Origin: a virus
Taxonomy: Duplodnaviria > Caudoviricetes
Reading direction: 5' to 3' (one strand)
Virus record (IMG/VR): IMGVR_UViG_3300022562_000250
Coordinates: 1-47,613 of that record
Length of the DNA stretch: 47,613 nucleotides
The notes under the pieces are model-generated. The model did not search any database. It worked only from the letters and a program-made list of their open reading frames with translations, and was not told where the DNA came from. Made by a program: the position numbers and the translations under genes. Of the stretch, positions 1 to 8,571 are shown one piece after another. How positions within the stretch are numbered: the first letter of the stretch is position 1; the number at the start of each line of letters is the position of its first letter.

Positions 1-144
1 AACTCCATCCGTATAGTGGTTCTCAACTTGTTTCGTCCACGTCAGAGACTGCGTATCCGAAATAGTAATGTTAGAAGTATTATAACTGTCTGTGTCAACA
101 GACATCATTACTACCAGCAAACTGTTGTCTGCTGGAGTGAAGGA
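1..144. repeat. Terminal direct repeat, copy 1 (circular assembly overlap)
   Basis: 1-144 is identical to 47470-47613. It falls inside an ORF that reads in frame across the join, so the unit length is ~47,469 bp. Confidence 0.95.
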
Positions 145-2031
145 AGCCGAAGTCATCGAAGTCGACGATGCCATCGACTGCGTGCCTTTGGTTATATCTT
201 GAACAGCAACCCCGGTCGAACTCTCCCCAGCAATAACAGTTGGAGTTACTGTATATGCATCAAGAAGATTAGTGCCGGTTATATTTCGTGATACTCTAAA
301 CTCAAAAATATCACCGACAGCCGCACCATTCGTGGATGAAAATGATAAAACCCACTCAAGTTCGAATTCATCATTGCCAGTGGATGCGGATAGAGTGCCG
401 GTAGTGTTTGACTCCGAAACTACGCCATCACGGAAGGTGCCCGAGCCTAACTGTTGTGTAGCCTGTTGGAAAGGAGTAATATAGGAACTATCTGCATTAA
501 TGCAGGCTTGCGAGGGACTGATACCGGTCCAACTCCCTCCATTTCGGCGGAACTGAAGATAACTACTACTTATATTAGCTGCACCAGCAGTCGTATTTTT
601 AATTAATAAGCGTAATCTAAACTTTTCATCAAGTGGGATAGCCGGGGCGGGCTCATTTTTTACATTTGCCCAAGTTGCCGCAGCTTCTGTTCCATCATCA
701 TGCCGAAAGCGGAAATCGGTCTGATCAAGGTATGGTTGTACCGCAAGGGGAATTTCAACAATGGCGGCGGAATACGATCCTCCGCCAGAACCGTCCTGCG
801 CGTCATACGTACCGATTGTAAAGACTGATGGAGTTGTGCCATCGTCGGTATGGTCTGCGGCCATAACATGTGCGTTAGTTCCTGATACAGGGTCGGCTTC
901 TGACCCTAGTGGTCCCGCATCACCATTGTTAGTCGGACCTATACAAGCAGTATCAACGCTATTTGAAACACCGTATACACCTACGCGAAGACTGGTAGCG
1001 GCAGTAGCACCGGAAAAAGAAATCGTAGGGTCGCTAAGATTAGCGACATTCTGCCCGCTCGCCGTATTGCTATCGGCTATCGGTGATGATGTATCAGCGT
1101 CGCGCGCTTCAAATACTGTTAATTGAACTCCCGCAAAAGTAGACGCCCCGCTGGATACTGAAACCGTCATAGATGACGGACTAGAAGGCGCTACCGCTGT
1201 CCATATTTCCGCAAAAGAGTATTCACCGGTCGTAGCGTCAACGCGATTTACTGCTACTCTTTGTGTCCAACTAAGGCTTCCACCGGAGACTGATATATCT
1301 CCAGTCGGATCGTCAGTTGTACAGCCTGCTATTGTTACAACTAAAAGAGTATCGGCGGTAGGGGTAAAAGACGCACTAGTAGGATCGGAACTCGTCGCGG
1401 TAGTCTGGGCTAATAGATCAGACCAAACATAAGAACCGGCGGTTGGCTCTTGGATCGTGATACTAGGAGTATTTGTATAACTACCTAGTGCGGTGGTCGG
1501 ACTACCGACAGCTATTCTTAATTCAATAACATCGCCGGGCTGAACGCCGCCGTCAAAACCATTATCTCGGAACTCTATCTTAAATTCTACTTCGTACTCG
1601 TCGTTACCATTTGTAGCAGACAGTCCCGTAGTTGTCGTCGAATTGCTCGACGACATTATTTCACCATCGTTAAAAGTTCCAGAACCAAGCTGCTGTGTAG
1701 CCGCTGCTCTGTTGGTATAATTACTACTGCCAGGGTGACTTATCGGAACGATATTAAATGATACGGAATTATTCTCGGTTGTATCCCAAGCCGTAAAACC
1801 GCCGCTACCAACGCGGTTTATTCTATATTCAAGACCGAAACGAGGCGTTTCCGATTGGTTCGATCCGGCTGTTTCCTGAATTAGAAAACGGATACGCGGA
1901 GTATCCCATACCTTGAAATTCTGTTGTGCGTTCGCCGCCGCTATCCAAGTTGCGGAAGTTTCACTACCGTCATCGTTTCGCCAGCGGAAGGATTGCTGGT
2001 TCCAGACAGCATTGATTGGCATACCACCCAT
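1..2031 (-). CDS. 5' part of a ~1253-aa virion fibre/appendage protein (continues at 47469-45739)
   Basis: ATG at 2031 (MGGMPINAVWNQQSFRWRNDDGSE...). I read all 677 codons to position 1 without a stop, in frame with ORF 45739..47589 through the overlap. The ORF track misses it because it leaves the window. Confidence 0.85.
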   Translation of the reverse strand, partial: MGGMPINAVWNQQSFRWRNDDGSETSATWIAAANAQQNFKVWDTPRIRFLIQETAGSNQSETPRFGLEYRINRVGSGGFTAWDTTENNSVSFNIVPISHPGSSNYTNRAAATQQLGSGTFNDGEIMSSSNSTTTTGLSATNGNDEYEVEFKIEFRDNGFDGGVQPGDVIELRIAVGSPTTALGSYTNTPSITIQEPTAGSYVWSDLLAQTTATSSDPTSASFTPTADTLLVVTIAGCTTDDPTGDISVSGGSLSWTQRVAVNRVDATTGEYSFAEIWTAVAPSSPSSMTVSVSSGASTFAGVQLTVFEARDADTSSPIADSNTASGQNVANLSDPTISFSGATAATSLRVGVYGVSNSVDTACIGPTNNGDAGPLGSEADPVSGTNAHVMAADHTDDGTTPSVFTIGTYDAQDGSGGGSYSAAIVEIPLAVQPYLDQTDFRFRHDDGTEAAATWANVKNEPAPAIPLDEKFRLRLLIKNTTAGAANISSSYLQFRRNGGSWTGISPSQACINADSSYITPFQQATQQLGSGTFRDGVVSESNTTGTLSASTGNDEFELEWVLSFSSTNGAAVGDIFEFRVSRNITGTNLLDAYTVTPTVIAGESSTGVAVQDITKGTQSMASSTSMTSASFTPADNSLLVVMMSVDTDSYNTSNITISDTQSLTWTKQVENHYTDGV

Positions 2032-2035
2032 TGCG

Positions 2036-2389
2036 CTATTCCTTCCACGCCGGATGAGGTGGTTCGTTCGGACTTATTCGGGGAACAAACTCGTCGTTAT
2101 GAGAGGCAATAAGAATTTCCTGAAACTCCGCCTCGGTTTGGTATTGCCCGCATAGGGCAATAATACGCCCCTTACGCGCTAGTTCGAGTAGGATTGAATA
2201 AGCATCGCAGTCAAACCAACGTCCCGCCTCTTCGTCGAACCTATACCAGTCCATAAGTTTAAGTACGCGCCGCCCACATCTACCATCCTCTGTATGAATA
2301 ATAGCGACAGGTTTAATTGCCACTTCGGATGGATTACCATCAGCAGAACTGAATGTGGAACCATCAGTATAGAAAATTTTCCAGCGCAC
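2036..2389 (-). CDS. Hypothetical protein, 117 aa, directly upstream of the large fibre gene
   Basis: GTG start with GGGGA RBS-like motif; stop is 4 nt before the fibre ATG; WKIFYTDGSTF N-terminus. Confidence 0.7.
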   Translation of the reverse strand: MRWKIFYTDGSTFSSADGNPSEVAIKPVAIIHTEDGRCGRRVLKLMDWYRFDEEAGRWFDCDAYSILLELARKGRIIALCGQYQTEAEFQEILIASHNDEFVPRISPNEPPHPAWKE

Positions 2390-2443
2390 TTATGTCCCCA
2401 CTACTATAATTATATAGGCCGAGCCGTTAAGCCCGGCACCATA

Positions 2444-2824
2444 TTAAGAGGCAGGAACAGTGACTGTATAAGCGGTCACAGAGACTGTATCACCATTGCC
2501 GATCGTCGTGGACGACAGGTTGAGGTCGGAACCGGAAGTGCCTACATTACCCCGCCAGACTTCGGTGTTATCGCGATCCTGGAATTTGTGGGCAATGGCT
2601 GTTCCGCCAGTTGCGCTCGTATCGTCGGAGATTGTAGCGGCAGTAGCGACACCAGTAGCAGCGTTACCAAAGGCTGGGTTGGTGAGTGCAAGGGTGGCAA
2701 CCTCGGCATCAGCGGCGGCCATAATGACCAGATCACCATTTGCGTCAGTTGAGCCCACGTCACAAAGATCAACCAGTGCGTTGCACATAGCATTACGGGC
2801 TGCAGTAGTTAGAGTGATTCCCAT
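2444..2824 (-). CDS. Small Ala/Thr/Gly-rich virion structural protein (fibre/decoration type)
   Basis: GGAG RBS. Sequence pattern (TTAARNAM...VGTSGSDLNLSSTTI..GDTVSVT) resembles small phage structural proteins found next to fibre genes. Confidence 0.7.
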   Translation of the reverse strand: MGITLTTAARNAMCNALVDLCDVGSTDANGDLVIMAAADAEVATLALTNPAFGNAATGVATAATISDDTSATGGTAIAHKFQDRDNTEVWRGNVGTSGSDLNLSSTTIGNGDTVSVTAYTVTVPAS

Positions 2825-2833
2825 GATAGGCTC

Positions 2834-3115
2834 CTATTGAAGTTCGACTCGTTCGGGACGGCCCATCGCAGCCAAGCGTGCGTTGACCAGGGTTTGACGT
2901 TCGGCCTTGGACGGCGCGTTCGCGGGGTCATCTGGCCAACTTGCAACCATTGCTGGAGTGATGCCGAGTTCGGTTAGTGTATCGGCAGGCAAGCGCGAAA
3001 CCATGTCCTTAGTCATCATGGCCTTCATAACTACGTTTGCCTTCGCCGGCTCATCAAAGCGTGGTAGACCAGTGGCTTTGTCGATGACAAGCCCTGACAT
3101 CGAAAAATCAGTCAT
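2834..3115 (-). CDS. Hypothetical protein, 93 aa
   Basis: ATGA overlap with the upstream gene; operon context. Confidence 0.7.
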   Translation of the reverse strand: MTDFSMSGLVIDKATGLPRFDEPAKANVVMKAMMTKDMVSRLPADTLTELGITPAMVASWPDDPANAPSKAERQTLVNARLAAMGRPERVELQ

Positions 3116-3594
3116 AGGTTTATCCGTTCCTTCAAGGCCGATATTTCATTCAGTATTTTATCACGTTCAGCCTCGGCCTCTTTGATGCTGTTCGTAATAT
3201 CAGAATGCTCTTTGACCATCTTAGCGACGATCTTTTTGTGCGCCTCTTCAGCTTCGGCAAGGGCCTTGGCATTAGCGGCTTCACCCTCTTCCCGCTGCGC
3301 AGTAAGTTCGCTTTGAAGGTTGGCCTTAGCGTTCTCAGCCTCGGCTTTTATTTCCGCCGCTTTCTTCGTTTCCATCTCACGAAGTTTCACCGCCTGGGCG
3401 TGAGCTGCCATTGCCTCGTCGCGCTTGCGCTCGATTGACTTAATCTCGGCGGAAAGCACCTCGATTTGGTTCTTGAGCTGCTTAGCGACTTGATCGAGCT
3501 TATTAACATCCACGATCGCCTCGGCGAACTTGAATGCTCCCTTGAACTTGTTGAGGAATTCTTGCGCCTCTACCGCTGTCTTTTCGTCAATCAT
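3112..3594 (-). CDS. Coiled-coil protein, 160 aa
   Basis: Ala/Glu/Lys-rich helical pattern; ATGA overlaps on both sides. Confidence 0.8.
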   Translation of the reverse strand: MIDEKTAVEAQEFLNKFKGAFKFAEAIVDVNKLDQVAKQLKNQIEVLSAEIKSIERKRDEAMAAHAQAVKLREMETKKAAEIKAEAENAKANLQSELTAQREEGEAANAKALAEAEEAHKKIVAKMVKEHSDITNSIKEAEAERDKILNEISALKERINL

Positions 3595-3938
3595 CGTGAT
3601 TTACTCAGCACGCGAGCGAACACCGAGCCTCCTGCTGTGCCAGTCATCCGAGCGCGGATATGAAGAGGGTTCTCCGCAATGGCGGCGATACCAGCGGCTG
3701 TGAAGGTGAGAGCGTTCCCTGCGAAATCGTGCAGGACTTTCCACGAGGACGGTGCGTCCCCTGGCTCATTCGAGCCCTCAATAAAAACAGTGGCCGTGCC
3801 AATCGAGCCGTCGATATCGACTGTCTTGTCAGAGCCACCTGGAATTTTGATGGGAGAGCCTGTGGCGTCTCCATTTGTCAGTTCCCACTCATTTAAGTAA
3901 GTGTTTCCTGGTTGTTCAGTCCGAGTTGCCGCTCCCAT
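3591..3938 (-). CDS. Hypothetical beta-rich protein, probably virion-associated
   Basis: GGAGG RBS; 115 aa; late-operon position after terS. Confidence 0.7.
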   Translation of the reverse strand: MGAATRTEQPGNTYLNEWELTNGDATGSPIKIPGGSDKTVDIDGSIGTATVFIEGSNEPGDAPSSWKVLHDFAGNALTFTAAGIAAIAENPLHIRARMTGTAGGSVFARVLSKSR

Positions 3939-3947
3939 TAAGGCCTC

Positions 3948-4562
3948 CTATTCAGCAGCGGGAGGGAGGCGCTTTGCCTCCCCGTCAATGACGTTCGTAT
4001 TCTCTGTAACCCGCTGACGCGCTGCACGAAGCCTTTCCGCGAAGCCTACGTTGACATTGACCTCGGTGGTTGTCTTAGGGGAGTACCCCATGCGATCCGC
4101 GCCAAGCTCAACGAGCTTCATCAGTTGGGCCGTTGGAATTGAGTCTGGTTTACTTTCCAGACGGTCATTCAATTCGTCCAGCGCGTCAACAGATATACCG
4201 AGCAAACGCTCGTCCATTTTAGAATAGTCAACATCGTCGCTATCCTTGTAGTGCGCGACCAACTCCTGAAAGGTAGGGTCAGCCTGAAGTACGGAAATCC
4301 GACTAGCGGAATAACCGTAGTAAGACGCCGCAACTCCGGGCCTCATTCCACGCGCCAGCGATCGAGCTAGTGCATGGTGTCGGGAGCGGATACGCTTTAG
4401 CGGAGATGACGTGTCCCGGTCACTCGAGGCCAACAGAACCAGGTCATTTTCATCCAGCACCCCGCAGGCCTCAAAGACGAGCGGTGCACTCCGGCTGGAA
4501 TTGTCGTCAGTGGTCTGCAAGTTCAGCATGGTATGGTCATCTCCGCTTCCGCGTACCATCAT
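3948..4562 (-). CDS. terS: Putative terminase small subunit (HTH)
   Basis: HTH-like ALARSLARGMRPGVAASYYGYSASRISVLQ, helical core and C-terminal VIDGEA tail; first gene of the operon that leads to terL. Confidence 0.55.
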   Translation of the reverse strand: MMVRGSGDDHTMLNLQTTDDNSSRSAPLVFEACGVLDENDLVLLASSDRDTSSPLKRIRSRHHALARSLARGMRPGVAASYYGYSASRISVLQADPTFQELVAHYKDSDDVDYSKMDERLLGISVDALDELNDRLESKPDSIPTAQLMKLVELGADRMGYSPKTTTEVNVNVGFAERLRAARQRVTENTNVIDGEAKRLPPAAE

Positions 4563-4574
4563 CGCGGCATCTTT

Positions 4575-4603
4575 CTTATAGCTCGCCTACGAGCGATTGT
4601 CAA
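4575..4603 (-). promoter_or_regulatory. Sigma70-like promoter of the late/structural operon
   Basis: Minus strand TTGACA-N17-TATAAG, 12 nt upstream of the terS ATG; spacer contains the inverted repeat GCTCG-N4-CGAGC. Confidence 0.6.
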
Positions 4604-4813
4604 CGGCAGGAAGCAAAATAAATGTATGGCTTCACCAACTGGAGAAAGTTCTATCCCACTGGAGTTTGAAAATCCCGCTAAATTGCAGAAGGTCTTTGGG
4701 GTGGGGGAGTGGGGGTCGACCGTCGAAACGCGCTACGCGAATGCGCGGAAAAGGCCCGGTGGGGAGGGCGATAAAATGTAACAAGGTTGTAACAATTCGT
4801 GATCCACTGGCTA

Positions 4814-4841
4814 TTGCAATAAGCATGGGAATGCTTATCTT
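4814..4841 (+). promoter_or_regulatory. Candidate early promoter with overlapping palindrome
   Basis: TTGCAA-N16-TATCTT; perfect inverted repeat ATAAGCAT-GGGA-ATGCTTAT at 4819-4838. Confidence 0.45.
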
Positions 4842-4890
4842 ATTCATACGGGCAATGGATGCCCGCAACCCAAACGTAAAGGAGACTACC

Positions 4891-5382
4891 ATGTTGTATA
4901 CAGTTAAGCGCGAATTCAAACGTCGTGATGATAACGAAGCAGTTGGCAATGTCACGTTCCAAGTTGACGTGTCGCAATGTGCGATCAATGGATCGGAACT
5001 GCCCGGCGTTTCGATTGAACATCTTTTGACGTTCGCCTTGCAGTCATTGCAAGACGCATATGCGGGTGCTTCGGATTATGAGAGTGCAAAGGCCGCATTC
5101 GACTCCAAACTTGACAAGATTGTCAATGGTACGATCGGGACTCGCACAAGCGCGCCAATCGACGTTATCGTCGCGCGTGATATACTCGAAGCAAAGGCAA
5201 AGGCAAATCCCGCCAAGCCACTTGGAGTTGGTTATGCCGCTTGTAAGACTGCGAAGGAAAAGCGCGAATTCTTGGATGCAGTGTATGAAAAGAATATGGA
5301 AGCGCTTTCCAAGGATGTTCAGTCGGAAATCAAACGCCGCAAGGCAGCAGCCGCATTGGACATCGAACTGGACATCGAATAA
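4891..5382 (+). CDS. Hypothetical early protein, 163 aa
   Basis: AAGGAG RBS before ATG 4891 (the track's 4597 start runs through regulatory DNA); followed by a terminator; ends LDIELDIE. Confidence 0.85.
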   Translation: MLYTVKREFKRRDDNEAVGNVTFQVDVSQCAINGSELPGVSIEHLLTFALQSLQDAYAGASDYESAKAAFDSKLDKIVNGTIGTRTSAPIDVIVARDILEAKAKANPAKPLGVGYAACKTAKEKREFLDAVYEKNMEALSKDVQSEIKRRKAAAALDIELDIE

Positions 5383-5384
5383 GG

Positions 5385-5412
5385 GAAGGGGCGCAAGCCC
5401 CTTCTTCCTTTT
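5385..5412 (+). terminator. Intrinsic terminator
   Basis: GAAGGGGC-GCAA-GCCCCTTC hairpin followed by TTCCTTTT. Confidence 0.7.
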
Positions 5413-5429
5413 GTTGAAAGGATGGACTC

Positions 5430-5579
5430 ATGCGAAGGTATTTAATCACTTGGAACGTCAATGGCCAGATCGTTACGAATGATCGCTATTGCGCCAACAT
5501 ACGGGAATTGACTGCCATTGTGGAAGCATTCGCGCTTGAATTCCCGAATGCAATACTGGTCAATGTCATGTTGCTTTGA
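5430..5579 (+). CDS. Small hypothetical protein, 49 aa
   Basis: AAAGGATGGA upstream; MRRYLITWNVNGQ...VNVMLL*; lies between two terminators; below the track's length cutoff. Confidence 0.55.
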   Translation: MRRYLITWNVNGQIVTNDRYCANIRELTAIVEAFALEFPNAILVNVMLL

Positions 5580-5602
5580 CCGCCCCAATATCAAACTGGA
5601 TC

Positions 5603-5629
5603 AAGCCCCATTCGTGGGGCTTTTTCTTT
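5603..5629 (+). terminator. Intrinsic terminator
   Basis: AAGCCCCA-TTCG-TGGGGCTT plus T-tract. Confidence 0.85.
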
Positions 5630-5710
5630 GCCCAGCCTTGATATGGTCCCTGCACATTTTGCAGCAGCCATACCTTTACTCATGCCCCTTCGCGCCAGTG
5701 CGCTTCGTAT

Positions 5711-5951
<241 letters not shown>

Positions 5952-6000
5952 AGCCAAATCGTATCCACCCCGCTCGCTTCGCACCGTTCACACAGTGTCC

Positions 6001-6029
6001 TTGCATTGCACAATAGTATTTGATATAAT
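6001..6029 (+). promoter_or_regulatory. Strong sigma70-like early promoter
   Basis: TTGCAT-N17-TATAAT with extended -10 TG. Confidence 0.8.
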
Positions 6030-6305
6030 GTAAATGCAAATCGGGGGTTCGTCCCCCAGTTTCTTCGAACGAAAGGAGGCACAATATGATCCTGGCAGGG
6101 TAAAGCCTGCAATCCTCTTCCTACTTAACCAGTCCTATCAACAGCGCCAACAGGCGCAAGCAAATGAAAGGGCCGGTTCGCTTTTAAGACTATGGAAATC
6201 GGGAGAGAGACCGCCGCATAGAGTCTCTCTCCCACCCAGTCACCGCCCGGCATGATTGGGAGTTTGATAAGGCCGGCAACAGCGCATTGCGCTAAGGAGA
6301 TAGAA

Positions 6306-6527
6306 ATGCAAACTCAACGAGTTAAACTCCCTTCCACTCTCTCACTTGATGATGTTATGGCAGCCGCCGAAGAACAAATGTTCGGCCTCGGCAATGACGG
6401 CTTCTGCCTCAAGTGTGGTCATCAGCAAGATGGATGCGAACCCGACGCTCGCGGATATAGATGCGAGGATTGCGGGGCAAACGCAGTCTACGGCGCCACC
6501 GAGATCATGATGGTTTATGGAGTGTGA
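6306..6527 (+). CDS. Zinc-ribbon protein, 73 aa
   Basis: TAAGGAG RBS; CLKC...CEPDA..Y.CEDC motif. Confidence 0.8.
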   Translation: MQTQRVKLPSTLSLDDVMAAAEEQMFGLGNDGFCLKCGHQQDGCEPDARGYRCEDCGANAVYGATEIMMVYGV

Positions 6528-6528
6528 A

Positions 6529-6786
6529 ATGACCCATTACGATATAGACTTTTCCAAATCCCCTGCGCCCAAACATGACGCAGTGGAAGAAATCAAGAAA
6601 TGGCTAGGCAATGCGAAGTATAATGAGCTTTCGCCGCAAATGGCCGCTGTAACAAATCCACGACAATTCAGCTTCTACTGCATGTTGGCAGGCATCCAAG
6701 GCTTTCCAGTATCGGCTTGGTATGAACTCTACCACGGTGAAGGAAGCTGGGAAAAGGCTTGGAAGGAGCTGGAAGAAGATGAGTAA
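6529..6786 (+). CDS. Hypothetical protein, 85 aa
   Basis: GGAG RBS; tightly packed in the operon. Confidence 0.75.
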   Translation: MTHYDIDFSKSPAPKHDAVEEIKKWLGNAKYNELSPQMAAVTNPRQFSFYCMLAGIQGFPVSAWYELYHGEGSWEKAWKELEEDE

Positions 6787-7195
6787 TAAAAAAGAAGAGT
6801 ACGCGCATGAGTGGGCAGACCTTGTTTCCCTACTCACCAGTGCACTCAACAATAAGAAAGACCTCGATCCCCTCGAGGTTAATCGACTTGCCACAGCGCT
6901 TGTGATACAAACTCCCGAGGATTGGGCAATGACTTTCGTTCAATGCCTCAGCCGCTTCGAAGTCTTTAGTAGGGACGGCGTTTTGCAGTCCTTTGGAATT
7001 ATGAACATTCCGCAAGTTCCCGCCAAACTGATGGGGCAACTCATTCTCGAGGCCTTGCCCGACGCAGAGGAACAACGCATGTCCACTGAGTCCAAGGCTT
7101 ATTGGCTTCAGGTGGCGGAAGTCCTCGGTCCCGACTGGATACCACAGCTTAAAAAGGCTGCGGATTTCATGAAGAGGGTGGATGAATTCGTATAA
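6779..7195 (+). CDS. Hypothetical protein, 138 aa
   Basis: ATG overlaps the end of the upstream gene; purine-rich RBS. Confidence 0.75.
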   Translation: MSNKKEEYAHEWADLVSLLTSALNNKKDLDPLEVNRLATALVIQTPEDWAMTFVQCLSRFEVFSRDGVLQSFGIMNIPQVPAKLMGQLILEALPDAEEQRMSTESKAYWLQVAEVLGPDWIPQLKKAADFMKRVDEFV

Positions 7196-7281
7196 CGAGT
7201 TGAAAGGGGCATTCGTGCCCCTCGTCCTGTCGTGGTGGGCAGGGCCTGATGAGACAGCCACCAACCGTAAAGGAAAAGACT

Positions 7282-7701
7282 ATGAAATTTAAAGACCTCA
7301 TAACCGACATGACAGTTGATGTCATGAGCAAAAAACTTCCCGCCAATCACACTTTCACTGAGGAAGCAACAGACTCAGCGCTCATTGAGCAGTTCAAGAC
7401 ACAGTTCGAGTCGCTTATCGACGATGCCTTCGAGCGCGACCACAGCTTTGACGCTGACCGCATCTTTGGAGAGTACGCCATCGGCTTCCTAATTATGAAC
7501 ACAGTGTTGAACAGGTTCAATTACGATCTCTTCCGCTCAATTGAATCAGGTAAGGCGCCCGAGCATCATTTACTCGATTGCACGCCGGCGGAGGTAATCT
7601 TCCGTATATTCTCTAACCGCAACAAGGACAGTATTAAAGCTACCATTGATCACTGCTATAAATATGCAATGAAAGCAGCAGTCAAGGAGCACTCCAAATG
7701 A
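7282..7701 (+). CDS. Hypothetical protein, 139 aa
   Basis: AAAGGA RBS before ATG 7282. Confidence 0.75.
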   Translation: MKFKDLITDMTVDVMSKKLPANHTFTEEATDSALIEQFKTQFESLIDDAFERDHSFDADRIFGEYAIGFLIMNTVLNRFNYDLFRSIESGKAPEHHLLDCTPAEVIFRIFSNRNKDSIKATIDHCYKYAMKAAVKEHSK

Positions 7702-7868
7702 AAGTCTTTGTAGTGATGTCCAACGACTACCCCGACAAGGTATTTGAGTACGAGGGCGCTGCCATGCGTTACTGTGAAAAGAAGATGAAAGAGCAGGGAG
7801 ACCCTGTTCTAGGTGGTGCGCGTATTTACTACCGCTTCTACCCATTCGAACTGGAGAGAAAGAAATGA
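7698..7868 (+). CDS. Small hypothetical protein, 56 aa
   Basis: AAGGAG RBS; ATGA overlaps at both ends; MKVFVVMSNDYPD...; below the track's length cutoff. Confidence 0.75.
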   Translation: MKVFVVMSNDYPDKVFEYEGAAMRYCEKKMKEQGDPVLGGARIYYRFYPFELERKK

Positions 7869-8215
7869 TGAGCGATCAATGCCTTATTGACTGCGACGGA
7901 AAGCATTATTATCTCCGCATACCAAACACCAAGGGCCGTTATCACACAGTGATGATCCCCGTCGATCGACCAGCGGCCCTTGCAAACATCCTGATCCAAC
8001 GTAACAAGATACTCAATCGTCCGCAGCGTGATCGCCACGCAGGAAACCTTGGGATAGGGAGTGAAGCCAATCCCACTCAGTCGATGATCGACGCATTCCT
8101 TGCCTCGAATGAAGCCCGAGTCGATGTTCGGGCGGAGCAAGAACGTCTCGAAGCACTCGCACGCCGGGCGGAGAAGTATGAGATCGACGTTGACACTCTG
8201 GACCTTGACATCTAG
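7865..8215 (+). CDS. Hypothetical protein, 116 aa
   Basis: GGAG RBS and ATGA coupling; ends DVDTLDLDI. Confidence 0.75.
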   Translation: MMSDQCLIDCDGKHYYLRIPNTKGRYHTVMIPVDRPAALANILIQRNKILNRPQRDRHAGNLGIGSEANPTQSMIDAFLASNEARVDVRAEQERLEALARRAEKYEIDVDTLDLDI

Positions 8216-8223
8216 GAGTTATC

Positions 8224-8571
8224 GTGGGACACAATAAAAACCTCGCATCATACGCAGATATTCGTGCCGTGTTTGAACAGGTTCTCAAACACGGCACCCC
8301 TTTGCGTTACACACTCAACTCACCAGGGGCGGCAGTTCGCTGGCGTGCTCGAGCCTACCATTTCCGTGCCCGCACTGAGGTAAGCGAATACAAGTCTTTC
8401 CTCCTTCGTATTGAGCCCGCGGCACCAACCACAGTAATCATCGATCGAGAACAACTCGGTCAACTCACCGGCCCGGATGGACAACCGATCGCGGTTGCGC
8501 CTTCACCCGAGTTAACTCCCGAAGAACGCGAGGCAATCCGCCTTGCCAAAGAGCTAGGAATTGATAAATGA
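8224..8571 (+). CDS. Hypothetical protein, 115 aa
   Basis: AGGAG RBS with GTG start. Confidence 0.75.
   Translation: MGHNKNLASYADIRAVFEQVLKHGTPLRYTLNSPGAAVRWRARAYHFRARTEVSEYKSFLLRIEPAAPTTVIIDREQLGQLTGPDGQPIAVAPSPELTPEEREAIRLAKELGIDK

Noticed and set aside
4597-4890. N-terminal extension of the 261-aa ORF
   Set aside because: Runs through promoters and G-runs; the RBS supports ATG 4891.
7246-7276. Hammerhead ribozyme from CTGATGAG...GAAA
   Set aside because: No convincing stem II closing before GAAA and no stem III/cleavage triplet; kept only as part of the pseudoknot-like element.
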